From: Archaeoglobus fulgidus DSM 4304
GTDB taxonomy: Archaea > Halobacteriota > Archaeoglobi > Archaeoglobales > Archaeoglobaceae
DNA: 32,000 nt
Assembly: GCF_000008665.1 (NCBI RefSeq)
Contig: NC_000917.1
Span: 900,001-932,000, forward strand
Direction: 5' to 3'
Part shown: positions 1-9,066 of the stretch, one piece after another
Numbering within the stretch: the first letter of the stretch is position 1
Layout: every line of letters begins with the position of its first letter
Made by a program: the position numbers and the translations under genes
Notes under the pieces: generated by a model
Told to the model about the DNA's origin: nothing
The model's input: the letters and a program-made list of their open reading frames with translations, nothing else
Database searches by the model: none

Positions 1-1214
1 TTTTCGATTACTTTTTCCTCCTCAACGTTCACAAGAATGCCGTCCTCCATGACGAGAACACCATCAACAACAGCATGAAGCGCCTGATTTTCGACGTAAA
101 GCATCGCTGCTGGATCGTGCATCGGAGCGTTCCTGCACGTTTTGCTGAAAACAACAATGTCGGCAAGGTATCCCTCCTCGATTCTCCCTCCCTTAAGGTT
201 GTAGGCCCTGTATCCGCCTTCGGTGGCCATCTCAAGCCAGTGCCCAGGTTTCAGAGTCCTGCCTCTCAGGTTCTGAAGCAAAGCACCCACTCTCGCGTCT
301 GAAAGCACACTGAGCATGTTGTTGCTCGCAGCGCCATCCGTGCCTATGCCCACGTTTACACCCATCTCAAGAAGCTCAGAAACTTTTGCTATGCCTGACG
401 AGAGCTTCAGGTTGCTTGTGGGACAGTGTGCGACGCTAACGCCCCTCTCTGCAAGAATTTTCATCTCAGCTTCAGACAGCCAAACCGCGTGAGCCAGAAC
501 GGTGCTGGAGTCGAGAAAGCCTATTGAGTCCAGGAACTCAACGGGCCTTTTTCCGTACCTCTCCCTAACCTCCTTTACCTCCCACAGAGTTTCAGAGACG
601 TGTATGTGCTTCAAAAATCCCTTATCCTTCGAAGCGTCGCTGACCACTTTCAAAAACTCCGGGGAGCATGTGTAGGGGGCGTGAGGAGCCAGCATGGTGG
701 TAACTCTTCCCTCAAAGCCGCCGTTCCACTTCTCCGCAAATTCAAGTCCGATTTCAAGCTCCTTCCTTGCTCTCTCCTCATCACCTCTGTCAGCCATGCC
801 GTAGCCGAGAACTGCCCTCATTCCCGACTCGCCCACAGCCTCAGCGACTGCATCCATGTGTATGTACATGTCCGCAAATGCGGTTACTCCCGATTTCAGC
901 ATTTCAACGCACGCGAGCATGGTTCCCCAGTAAACCGCATCCTCATCCAGCCTTGCCTCAACCTCCCAGACCTTCTCAAGCCACTCCCTGAGCGGCAAGC
1001 CCTCGGCATAACCCCTCAGCAAGGTCATGGCAGCATGAGTGTGAGCGTTGAAGCAGCCGGGCATGACGAGGCAGCCAGCAGCGTCAATCTCTATTTCTCC
1101 CCTCTCAACCTCCTTGGCTACATGGGTGATTCTGTTGCCGTCCACACCAACGCTGCACTCGACAAACTCCCCGTTAATGAAACAAAGGCCGTTTCTGATG
1201 ACAAGATCGTGCAT
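1..1214 (-). CDS. mtaD: Amidohydrolase, 5-methylthioadenosine/S-adenosylhomocysteine deaminase family (3' end beyond window)
   Basis: My own minus-strand translation starts at ATG 1214-1212: MHDLVIRNGLCFINGEFVECSVGVDGNRI...VMPGCFNAHTHAAMTLLRGYAEGLPLREWLEKVWEVE..., with HxHxxM metal site, HVSET and GTDGAASNN motifs typical of the family. It runs off the window edge, so it is absent from the ORF track. Confidence 0.9.
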   Translation of the reverse strand, partial: MHDLVIRNGLCFINGEFVECSVGVDGNRITHVAKEVERGEIEIDAAGCLVMPGCFNAHTHAAMTLLRGYAEGLPLREWLEKVWEVEARLDEDAVYWGTMLACVEMLKSGVTAFADMYIHMDAVAEAVGESGMRAVLGYGMADRGDEERARKELEIGLEFAEKWNGGFEGRVTTMLAPHAPYTCSPEFLKVVSDASKDKGFLKHIHVSETLWEVKEVRERYGKRPVEFLDSIGFLDSSTVLAHAVWLSEAEMKILAERGVSVAHCPTSNLKLSSGIAKVSELLEMGVNVGIGTDGAASNNMLSVLSDARVGALLQNLRGRTLKPGHWLEMATEGGYRAYNLKGGRIEEGYLADIVVFSKTCRNAPMHDPAAMLYVENQALHAVVDGVLVMEDGILVNVEEEKVIE

Positions 1215-1285
1215 GTAAGGTCCTCAATCTTTAAGATTAATACCTTTCGCGGTAAAGCTTAAAATGCTGAAAATAAACATATTTT

Positions 1286-2062
1286 ATGAATGTTCTCCTC
1301 AGCAGAAAGGACACCATCAGATTCCTCATTCTGTCGGAGCTCATGGTGAATCCCGAATGCAACCAAAGAGATATAGCGAAAAAGCTTGGATTGACCCCTC
1401 AGGCGATTTCGGAGCATTTCAAGGAGATGGTTTCAGAGGGGTTCATCAACGTCGTTCACAAAGGCTACTACGAGGTCACGAGGAAGGGAGAGGAGTGGAT
1501 GTCCAGAAACCTCATCGACCTCCACCTTTTTAGCGAGGAGCTGCTCAAAAAAATTTACTCGAAAACAGTTGTTGCAATCGCCAAGGGAAGAATAGCGGAA
1601 AACGATTCGGTGAGATACTGGTTTGGAGACGGGTACATTTTCGCAGAGAGGAGCGCCAAGGGAAACGGCGTGGCCCTGACTTCTGCTGAAGACGGAGAAG
1701 ACGTCCTGATTAAGCCCACCGGCAGCTTCGAACCACCTGAAAAGGGAGAGATAATCATAGTTAAGGTTCCGGGAGTTGCGGAGGGTGGAAGCAGAAAAGT
1801 TGACCTCGATTCGTTCAGGGAGCTTGTGAAGTCGAGGCCCACGAGCATAGTCGTTGCCATCGGAATAGAGGCGCTCGTTACGTGCAGGAAGATCAGAGTT
1901 GAACCAATCTTCTTTGGAGCGAAGGAAGTCTGCATCGAAGCCGCCCATCACGGGAGTGGAGTTATTGTTGCGTGCACCGAGAGCATGCTGAACGACCTGC
2001 TGAGAAGTTTGATAGACGAGGGGCTTGAGTTTGAAATTAAGGAGTTTGTGAAGGCTACTTGA
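1286..2062 (+). CDS. Winged-helix (MarR-like) transcriptional regulator with C-terminal putative sensor domain
   Basis: 258 aa. N-terminal HTH pattern MVNPECNQRDIAKKLGLTPQAISEHFKEMVSEGFINVVHKGYYEVTRKG. Confidence 0.75.
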   Translation: MNVLLSRKDTIRFLILSELMVNPECNQRDIAKKLGLTPQAISEHFKEMVSEGFINVVHKGYYEVTRKGEEWMSRNLIDLHLFSEELLKKIYSKTVVAIAKGRIAENDSVRYWFGDGYIFAERSAKGNGVALTSAEDGEDVLIKPTGSFEPPEKGEIIIVKVPGVAEGGSRKVDLDSFRELVKSRPTSIVVAIGIEALVTCRKIRVEPIFFGAKEVCIEAAHHGSGVIVACTESMLNDLLRSLIDEGLEFEIKEFVKAT

Positions 2063-2711
2063 GGAAGATTATGTTTCCTCTCCCCTTCTTTACCTTTTCC
2101 ACAATGCCACGGCGCTCAAGGTCTGCGATGATTAAGCTCATCTTCGCCTCGCTGTAACCGAGCTTTTTCCTCAGCTCCTTTTGCGTTATCCTTCCTCCTT
2201 CTCTTTTAATCAGCTCAACAACCTCTGCAAGGTCTTCGGGAAGGTCGTATTCCTCTGGTGTAACTTCCTGCTCCAGAAGCTCAGGTTGTTTTTCTGAGCG
2301 TATCTTTACGATGAAGAGGGCAGCCAGGACAAAACCGGAAACGAGGATGGCTACGATGTAGTAAGGAAACTCCTCCTGTTGGTCAACAACCGGAAAATCG
2401 GGAATCTCCTCAACCTCCTCAAGCGACGGGAACAGAATGAGGTCGAAACGCATGTCGCTTGAAACGGTAACATTTTCGATCGCGTAATATTCCCCTGATC
2501 GTGCGATGATTGTGTAGTTTCCGGGAGTGACGTTGAAGCTGTACTCACCGTTTTCAGCAACCATCCTCTGAACACTGCCATCCCTTACTTCAACAACAGC
2601 ACCGCTCAAAACGTCAAGCGTGTCCCACCTGTAAACCTTCCCGTAAATTTCTACAGCGGAGGTCGTTGAAATCGTGAGTATCAGAAGAACTAAAAGCAAA
2701 GCTCCTTTCAT
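2055..2711 (-). CDS. Membrane-anchored protein: signal peptide, extracytoplasmic carboxypeptidase-regulatory-like beta domain, one TM helix, cytoplasmic winged-helix domain
   Basis: N-term MKGALLLVLLILTISTTSA; IYGKVYRWDTLDVLSGAVVEV...GEYSFNVTPGNYTIIA; TM YYIVAILVSGFVLAALFIVKI; C-term wHTH VVELIKREGGRITQKELRKKLGYSEAKMSLIIADLERRGIVEKVKKGRGNIIFLK. Confidence 0.75.
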   Translation of the reverse strand: MKGALLLVLLILTISTTSAVEIYGKVYRWDTLDVLSGAVVEVRDGSVQRMVAENGEYSFNVTPGNYTIIARSGEYYAIENVTVSSDMRFDLILFPSLEEVEEIPDFPVVDQQEEFPYYIVAILVSGFVLAALFIVKIRSEKQPELLEQEVTPEEYDLPEDLAEVVELIKREGGRITQKELRKKLGYSEAKMSLIIADLERRGIVEKVKKGRGNIIFLK

Positions 2712-3451
2712 AGCAAATCTCTCACCCTTGCTACGGGAGGCATCTCCCTCTTGTGCCTCGACCTCTCAACCATCTGCACAACTCTCCTGAACTTCTCATC
2801 GTCTCTCCTCTCCCCCTTCTCGATCAGCTTTAAGATTTCGTCAAGCTCGGCGTAGCTTATTCCCATCTCCTCCTCATCGGTCTGGCCAGGCCACAGCCTT
2901 GCAGAAGGCTTCTTCTCGATTATTCTCCTTGGAACTCCGAGATAGGCGGCAAGCTGAAATACCTCGGTCTTGTAGAGATCTCCTATTGGCAGGAAATCCA
3001 CTCCGCCATCCCCGTATTTGGTAAAGTACCCCACCATTAGCTCGCTTTTGTTTCCGGTCCCCGCAACAAGCCTGTTCATGCTGTTGGCATGATAGTAGTT
3101 GAGCACCATTCTTATCCTCGGCTTTAAATTCGCCTCCGCGATCTTGCTTCCCTCTCCGGCCTTTTCTTTGAAAACTCTAACGATGTCATTGATTTCAATC
3201 AGCTTGTATTCCATTCCGAGGCTCTCCGCGACATTTATCGCATCCTCAACATCCTGCTCAGGAGTCACTCCAGTCTCAGGCATGATGAGCGCAAAAACTC
3301 TCTCGCTCCCAAGAGCCCTCACGCAGAGATAAGCAACGGTTGCGCTGTCGACACCACCACTCAATCCCAGAACAACTCCCGTTGAACCTGATGATGAAAC
3401 AACACCCCTTATGAAATCACAAATTCTCTCAACGACCTTCTCAAAGTTCAT
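2708..3451 (-). CDS. nadE: NAD+ synthase (ammonia-dependent type)
   Basis: 247 aa; ATP-pyrophosphatase loop GVVLGLSGGVDSATVAYL plus NKSELMVGYFTKYGDGGVDFLPIGDLYKTEVFQLA and RPGQTDEEEMGI. Confidence 0.95.
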   Translation of the reverse strand: MNFEKVVERICDFIRGVVSSSGSTGVVLGLSGGVDSATVAYLCVRALGSERVFALIMPETGVTPEQDVEDAINVAESLGMEYKLIEINDIVRVFKEKAGEGSKIAEANLKPRIRMVLNYYHANSMNRLVAGTGNKSELMVGYFTKYGDGGVDFLPIGDLYKTEVFQLAAYLGVPRRIIEKKPSARLWPGQTDEEEMGISYAELDEILKLIEKGERRDDEKFRRVVQMVERSRHKREMPPVARVRDLL

Positions 3452-3508
3452 GGAAAGCTGTAGGGGAGTGGGGATTAAAATCTTTTTACCAGTTAAAAAA
3501 TAAAGGGG

Positions 3509-4093
3509 TTAGCTTCCGTAGGAGAACTGGCAAACCTTCCCATCCGGCTGGAATAGCGAGGGGTTGTAATCAACAGTTTCAACCTCATACTCCCAGACGT
3601 TTCCCTGTGAGGCGAAGGTAGATTTGAAGGCATCTTCAACTGGCTCATCTCCTATGTTGCTTTCAGACTGGGAGATCGTAGAGGTTTGAGTAATAACAAT
3701 CCAGTCACATCCCTGAGCTTCCATTTTCTCACTTTTCATGTACATTGTTTGAGTAAGCGTGGTACCGGAATACTTATTCTTGATTATCGCCGTCATTTTT
3801 CCCATTCCTCCCTGCTCTCCCTCATACCTTAGCAAGGTTTCCTTATTTGGCATATCGAAGTAGTACCAGAATTCGACCGTTGTCGTCTCTCCCTGTAAAG
3901 TAACCTTCGCAGTCCCGTGCACCATTTTTTTGCTGTTGTAAAGGTCAGACAGGGTCTCAATCCCCTTTGATTCTGCCACCGTAGTTGTGGTCTTTTGCTC
4001 CGAGGGTTTTTGTTCCTGCTCACCCTGACCCCCGCAACCTGCTAGCAATGCTGCGAGGGCAACTATAACGAAGAACGCCACAAACTTCCTCAT
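3509..4093 (-). CDS. Secreted lipoprotein of unknown function
   Basis: 194 aa; signal peptide with lipobox LAALLAGCGG followed by low-complexity charged linker. Confidence 0.75.
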   Translation of the reverse strand: MRKFVAFFVIVALAALLAGCGGQGEQEQKPSEQKTTTTVAESKGIETLSDLYNSKKMVHGTAKVTLQGETTTVEFWYYFDMPNKETLLRYEGEQGGMGKMTAIIKNKYSGTTLTQTMYMKSEKMEAQGCDWIVITQTSTISQSESNIGDEPVEDAFKSTFASQGNVWEYEVETVDYNPSLFQPDGKVCQFSYGS

Positions 4094-4112
4094 AATTTTT
4101 GTTGATAAAGAT

Positions 4113-4125
4113 GTATATAAAGCTT
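4113..4125 (-). promoter_or_regulatory. Archaeal TATA-box-like element for the lipoprotein gene
   Basis: Minus strand reads AAGCTTTATATAC about 20-32 nt upstream of the start codon at 4093, the spacing expected for a leaderless or near-leaderless transcript. Confidence 0.5.
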
Positions 4126-4162
4126 TGTAAAAAATTTTTCAACTAAGCCAAATTGCCAGAAA

Positions 4163-4618
4163 TCAAACCACAATCTCGGGTCTGACAGCCCACAGCAACC
4201 TCCACTTCCTTTCCTCCCTCTCAAGACATACCACACCGCCGAAAGTGAAGGCGACGGCATCCAAATCGGGATTTCCGGAAAGTAGGTAGTTGGCAAGCCT
4301 GGACAGGTGGGGAAGGTGGCCCACGAGCATTACGTCTTCATCAAGCTTCTCAAGTCTTTCAGCCCATATGCCGATGTCCGCAAGGGGATCGAGGCCTTCG
4401 GCCATCTTCGCCTCCACACCCAAATGCTTTGCCACAATTTCAGCCGTCTGCTCCGCTCTTCTCTTCCCGCTGTGGTATATCCTCTCAACCCTTATTCCCG
4501 CCTTCTCGAGAAACGCCGCAACTCTTTCAACCTCCTTAACACCCTCCTCGGAAAGATTTCTCTCCGGATCCACCTCCTTCGGCTTAGCCTTTCCGTGCTG
4601 CATGAGGTAAAGTCTCAT
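4163..4618 (-). CDS. SixA-like phosphohistidine phosphatase (histidine phosphatase superfamily)
   Basis: 151 aa; MRLYLMQHGKA, YHSGKRRAEQTAEI and VMLVGHLPHLSRLANYL motifs. Confidence 0.85.
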   Translation of the reverse strand: MRLYLMQHGKAKPKEVDPERNLSEEGVKEVERVAAFLEKAGIRVERIYHSGKRRAEQTAEIVAKHLGVEAKMAEGLDPLADIGIWAERLEKLDEDVMLVGHLPHLSRLANYLLSGNPDLDAVAFTFGGVVCLEREERKWRLLWAVRPEIVV

Positions 4619-4693
4619 ATTTAATACTCAGCATTTTTCCTAATAAGCATTCCCCAACGCAAAGAAGATAAGAAGGTACCGCAATTGACATTC

Positions 4694-5329
4694 ATGGACT
4701 TGCTGAGAACAGAGTTTGACATACAGCACCACCTCGTGCTGTCGAGGAAGGATACACTGCACCACGCACTGATAAGGATGATAGTCTCAACCCTCTCAAC
4801 GCCGGAGGAGCTAACCAACCTGAGAAAGAAGGACTTCAGGTTCAATAAGGGCAAGAACTTGGACTACTACACCGTAAAGCTAAGTGAAGGAGGTAGAAGC
4901 AGGATATCCCCCGTCGACAAAAGGACTTTCGAGATAATTCAGACGATGCCTTCCCAGCCATTCAGGATGAGTGAGGAGGAAATGAACGAGATTGTGAGAA
5001 GTTACAGCCCTCCGGGGAGAATTTACACCTGCAAAAAGCTCAGAGAAGCTGTAGAATCGATTCTTTCCGACTCTGATTTGTTTGGAGTAAAGCTGAGGAA
5101 TGACGAAGAGAGGTATGCGTTCATGCTGGATTTCAACCCGCTTTACAGCGGTCTCTGGGACCTTGAGGATGAGGAGGGTGTTGAGGACTTCATCCTGAGC
5201 TACTCCGAGGTAACAGGGTCAAGGGACTGGAGAAAAATTTCCGATGAAACAGGGATAGAGGCCGAGATTGTGAAAAAGGTGATTGAAAGCGGGAAAAAAA
5301 GCATTTTAAGGTTTAGGGCAGATTTTTGA
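4694..5329 (+). CDS. Uncharacterised protein with possible degenerate tyrosine-recombinase fold
   Basis: Track ORF starts at TTG 4685; ATG at 4694 is a more natural start. Segments TLSTPEELTNLRKKDF, VKLSEGGRSRISPVDKRTFEII and YTCKKLREAVESIL resemble recombinase landmarks without the full catalytic set. Confidence 0.6.
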   Translation: MDLLRTEFDIQHHLVLSRKDTLHHALIRMIVSTLSTPEELTNLRKKDFRFNKGKNLDYYTVKLSEGGRSRISPVDKRTFEIIQTMPSQPFRMSEEEMNEIVRSYSPPGRIYTCKKLREAVESILSDSDLFGVKLRNDEERYAFMLDFNPLYSGLWDLEDEEGVEDFILSYSEVTGSRDWRKISDETGIEAEIVKKVIESGKKSILRFRADF

Positions 5330-5330
5330 T

Positions 5331-6899
5331 TCATCGTTTAATTTTTAGCCTCAATACTGCGAGCGCTATTACCGCGATGGCCGCTATCAATGGCACCAAA
5401 TATCTCTCATACCACGCCCTCTCCGTAACCACTACGTAGCCGTAAGCAACGCCCGAAACTTCCCTTCCAGCCCCGTTCTCTGCCTTCCATGAGAGACTGA
5501 GCCTGTATTCGTTTCCCGCAATAACATCCTCATCAACGTCAACGCTGAAGCTTATGTTGAAAGCTTTCCCCGCTTCAACAACCTCAGCAAAGGCTTCGGG
5601 CATCTTAACCCTTATTCCGGGGCTTGGAATTAGCTTGAAGTGCACGTCTTCAGCTTTTCCACCAGCGTTCAGCAGCTGGAAGGTCACAACGTTTTCGCCG
5701 TGGTAAACCACCGGCTTTGAAATTACCACGAAGTAGGGGTCGTTTTCGAGGTAAAGCTGAATCTTTCTGCTCTCCTCGACTCTTTCAACCCTCTCAGCCT
5801 GCAGTTGGTAGCTCACCTTAACATCCCACTCCTTCTCTCCAGCTTTTGCGTCGTCATCGAGAGAGTAGGGGACGGAGAACTTCACGATACCCCCAGCGGA
5901 AAGAGTTCCAATGGCAATCTCGCTCCTTTTAATCTCAAACTCCTCTGGAGCCTCAAAAGAGAGCCTCAGGTTGGTGATTGGGCTTAGATGGGCGTTCATC
6001 ACGGAGAACTCCACCACACCTTCTCCTCTGCTCAGCCTCGGATTCTCGGTAATTACAAAAACATCGGCTTCGAGCTTCTTAACCTGAACTTCGAACTGAA
6101 AGCTCTCCTCAGCCTCGATTAGCTTCCCCGCATCGATGTAGCTGTACTCAGCCTTAATCGAAAACGATCCGTTCCCACCTTTAACGCTGAACGAAATCTG
6201 CTGAGACTGGGATGGCTGGAGGGCTGGGATGTAGTGCTGTGCCGGAACAGCATCTTCAAAGCCCTCAGCCTTCAGAACCACGCTTCTAACCTCACTCAGC
6301 CCCGTGTTTGCTACGATGAAAGAAAGCCTGCTGAACTCCCCGGCGTAAACCTCAGGAGTTAGCAGAAAAACCCGCAGCTCAGGCTTTGCCTCCTCAAGAA
6401 CCTCGACTTTAATCTCTATGGTCTCGCTTTCCTCTGCGTAGTCGTATTTTGCCGTGTAATTGTTTCCATCCCACTCCACATCAACGCTCTCAACTCTCTC
6501 GTAGTTCACCTTCAGCTTAACCAGCCCCTCCCCTCTGTAATCTGCAGGAACAGAAACCAGAAAGCTGAGCTTTACGCTTGCAGATGGCGGCAGCGACTGA
6601 AGATACACTTTGTCGCTTTTCACGTCAAAAACGTCGCTCTCCAGCCATATTTCGAGGTCGTAAGCCGTAAGCGTCGCGTTCTGTATCAGCTGCCTCTCCA
6701 GATCCCCGCCGTAAACGTTCTCCGGCTTGGCTGTGTTGACAACCACAACCTGCAGCTCGTTAACCTGCCCGGCTTTCGGTATGGTGTTCAGCGGATAGGC
6801 GGTTAATTCCGGCTCATCCTTTGCCTCGACAGCCTGCGCAGCCTGAACTGTCAGCAGGAGCAGAAAAAGCACAAAAAGCTTTCTAAGCATGCGAACCAC
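5331..6899 (-). CDS. COG1361-type extracytoplasmic protein with repeated NEW3/CARDB-like beta domains and C-terminal TM anchor, in ABC exporter operon
   Basis: 522 aa; signal peptide LFVLFLLLLTVQAAQAVEA; repeated domains (KPELRVFLLTPEVYAGEFSRLSFIVANTGLSEVRSVVL, PYFVVISKPVVYHGENVVTFQLLNAGGKAEDVHF); TM YLVPLIAAIAVIALAVLRLKIKR. Overlaps the upstream permease by 17 nt. Confidence 0.75.
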   Translation of the reverse strand: MVRMLRKLFVLFLLLLTVQAAQAVEAKDEPELTAYPLNTIPKAGQVNELQVVVVNTAKPENVYGGDLERQLIQNATLTAYDLEIWLESDVFDVKSDKVYLQSLPPSASVKLSFLVSVPADYRGEGLVKLKVNYERVESVDVEWDGNNYTAKYDYAEESETIEIKVEVLEEAKPELRVFLLTPEVYAGEFSRLSFIVANTGLSEVRSVVLKAEGFEDAVPAQHYIPALQPSQSQQISFSVKGGNGSFSIKAEYSYIDAGKLIEAEESFQFEVQVKKLEADVFVITENPRLSRGEGVVEFSVMNAHLSPITNLRLSFEAPEEFEIKRSEIAIGTLSAGGIVKFSVPYSLDDDAKAGEKEWDVKVSYQLQAERVERVEESRKIQLYLENDPYFVVISKPVVYHGENVVTFQLLNAGGKAEDVHFKLIPSPGIRVKMPEAFAEVVEAGKAFNISFSVDVDEDVIAGNEYRLSLSWKAENGAGREVSGVAYGYVVVTERAWYERYLVPLIAAIAVIALAVLRLKIKR

Positions 6900-7983
6900 C
6901 TCCCATAACCTTTCTCAAAACCGTAATGGCTGCTAAAACACTAATGAGCGTGTAAAGGCAGAGAACGGCAATCTGCGGGTAAACCACCTCTATTCCATTC
7001 CCCTTTACCATAATCTCCCTGAAGGCTATGTTTGCGTAGGTCAGGGGAATGAAGTAGGAGACGAGCCTCGCACCCTCGGGCATGCTTTCGAGGGGGTAGA
7101 AGAAGCCCGAAAGGAATATGCTCACGAGAGCGAAGAGCATTGAGCCCTGAATGCCCTGAAGCTGCGTCTGAGAGACAGCTGAGATCGTCAGACCAACGCC
7201 AATGGTTCCGGTCAGAAAGAGGAGCATTGTTGAGATTAGCAGCAGCATGCTTCCCCTGACCTCAACATCGAAGGCGTAGTGGGCTATGGCTATGACTATG
7301 AAGACGTCAGCGGTGATGAGTGCAGTAATCGCCAGAAACTTGCCCATTATCATGTCGAAGCTCGTCATCGGAGTGGAGAAAACGAGCTCAAGTGTCCCCT
7401 CCTCCTTCTCCCTCGCTATGGAGCTCGATGAAAGGATTATGGCCAGCATCTGGGTTACCACACCTATTATTGCAGGTGCAACAAAATCAATCAGCCTCGA
7501 CTTTGTCGTGAAAACGAACCTCTGCTCCACCGCGATACCACCTCGATGCTCCATTGAAAGCAGCGATGCAATTTTTTCGATGCCGTTCAGCACCGCAGCG
7601 ACCACGTTGTAGTTCGATTCGTCTGCATAAACCTCAACACTCGCCTTTCCCGCTGCGAAATCACTCTGAAAGCCTTCGGGGATGTAAACGCCCGCGTGAA
7701 CTCTGCCGAGCCTGATGAGCTCGATTAGCTCACTCCTTGTCGAGACGAAATAAGCGAGATCGAATGTATCACCGCCCTGCATCGCCGAAATCAGCGAGGA
7801 GGACAGCTCGCTGGAATCATCATCAACCACCGCAATCCTGACGTTCTTCACCTCCCCGCTGAAGGCGTAGCCAAAAAGGGAGACGAGGATTATGGGCTGG
7901 AGGATGAGGATGGCAAGCAGCCTTCTCTCCCTGAAAACGACCTTAAGCTCCTTCAGAAAGACCGCGTAAACCTTTTCAAGCAT
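6883..7983 (-). CDS. ABC-2 type transporter permease
   Basis: 366 aa; VFLKELKVVFRERRLLAILILQPI, large extracytoplasmic loop, then SSSSIAREKEEGTLELVFSTPMTSFDMIMGKFL and several TM segments. Confidence 0.88.
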   Translation of the reverse strand: MLEKVYAVFLKELKVVFRERRLLAILILQPIILVSLFGYAFSGEVKNVRIAVVDDDSSELSSSLISAMQGGDTFDLAYFVSTRSELIELIRLGRVHAGVYIPEGFQSDFAAGKASVEVYADESNYNVVAAVLNGIEKIASLLSMEHRGGIAVEQRFVFTTKSRLIDFVAPAIIGVVTQMLAIILSSSSIAREKEEGTLELVFSTPMTSFDMIMGKFLAITALITADVFIVIAIAHYAFDVEVRGSMLLLISTMLLFLTGTIGVGLTISAVSQTQLQGIQGSMLFALVSIFLSGFFYPLESMPEGARLVSYFIPLTYANIAFREIMVKGNGIEVVYPQIAVLCLYTLISVLAAITVLRKVMGGGSHA

Positions 7984-8833
7984 GCTCCATCAACCTCATA
8001 AAAGCCTCTTCGAGGGTGCACCGCCTTATTTCTACCCTGAAAACCTTAACTCCAGCCCTGCTAAGCATCTCGATGATTTTCGGAGCCTCTGAAGCCGCAT
8101 CATCCACCTCAACAACAACCTTCCCGTTTATCCACGAACGGTAATCTGACAGTATTCTGGATGCGGCAAGGGCATCGTCAACCTCAAGAAGCAGCCTGTC
8201 ACCACAAGCTCTCCTCTTTATCTCCTCAGGCGTCCCTTCGGCAATTTTCGAGCCGTTTCTTATCAGAACCAGCCTCTCGCACCTCTCAGCCTCGTCCATG
8301 TAGTGCGTTGTTACGAGGATCGTCTTTCCCTCCTCCCTGAGCTTCTCAAACTGCTCCCAGAAGCTTACCCTCAATGGTGGGTCAACTCCCGCAGTTGGCT
8401 CGTCGAGAACGAGCAGCTCGGGGTCGTGGAGCATAGCGCATGCAAGCATGGCTCGCTGCCTCATCCCGCCGCTCAGGTTCTTGACAAGCCTTTTGCGATA
8501 CCTCTCAAGCTGAACGAGCTTCAGCATCTCCTCTACTCTCCTCTCGTCCTCAATTCCGTAAAGGGATGCGAAGAACCTGAGGTTCTCCTCAACCGAGAGA
8601 TTGAGGTAGAGGGGAGAGTTCTGGGGCATCCAGCCTACTGAGGTGGCGTAATTCCTTATTTCGCCTTCGTAGGGCACCATCCCGAAAATCGCCCTGATGG
8701 TGGTTGTTTTACCGCTCCCATTTGGTCCCAGCAGTCCCAGAATCTCGCCCCTTCTGACGTTGAGAGTCAATCCCTTGACGGCGTAAAAGTCCCCGAACCT
8801 GACGCTGAGGTTTGAGATTTCGAGGATGTTCAT
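7976..8833 (-). CDS. ABC transporter ATP-binding protein (ABC-2 exporter)
   Basis: 285 aa; Walker A GPNGSGKTT, signature LSGGMRQRAMLACAM, Walker B LLVLDEPTAGVD, H-loop VTTHYMDE. Confidence 0.93.
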   Translation of the reverse strand: MNILEISNLSVRFGDFYAVKGLTLNVRRGEILGLLGPNGSGKTTTIRAIFGMVPYEGEIRNYATSVGWMPQNSPLYLNLSVEENLRFFASLYGIEDERRVEEMLKLVQLERYRKRLVKNLSGGMRQRAMLACAMLHDPELLVLDEPTAGVDPPLRVSFWEQFEKLREEGKTILVTTHYMDEAERCERLVLIRNGSKIAEGTPEEIKRRACGDRLLLEVDDALAASRILSDYRSWINGKVVVEVDDAASEAPKIIEMLSRAGVKVFRVEIRRCTLEEAFMRLMEHA

Positions 8834-8865
8834 ATTGATTTAATGGAAAATTTAATTTAATAAAT

Positions 8866-8876
8866 TGTTGTCACTG
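8866..8876 (+). repeat. Left copy of 11-bp direct repeat TGTTGTCACTG flanking the OLD-family island
   Basis: Exact match to 10951-10961. Confidence 0.55.
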
Positions 8877-9035
8877 GGGTCGGTTAATTGATTGGATTTG
8901 GTAATTTATTTTGAGAGTTAGAAGGAACCTTGCCAACTCGGTCTGGTGATAAGTAGCCTTTTCCATGTTCTGTAAGAATATTTTGTGAGTTTTAGTTTTT
9001 CACTGACTATTACACTACATCTCATGCAGCGTAAG

Positions 9036-9046
9036 CTTTTTAATAT
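9036..9046 (+). promoter_or_regulatory. TATA-like element upstream of small ORF 9067-9189
   Basis: AT-rich cttttTAATATc about 25 nt upstream of ATG 9067; consistent with a leaderless archaeal transcript. Confidence 0.4.
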
Positions 9047-9066
9047 CAAAACTTATACAAAATAAC

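Noticed and set aside
600-1262. 220-aa plus-strand ORF
   Set aside because: Antisense to the SAH/MTA deaminase gene, which has clear catalytic motifs. The antisense translation has no domain.
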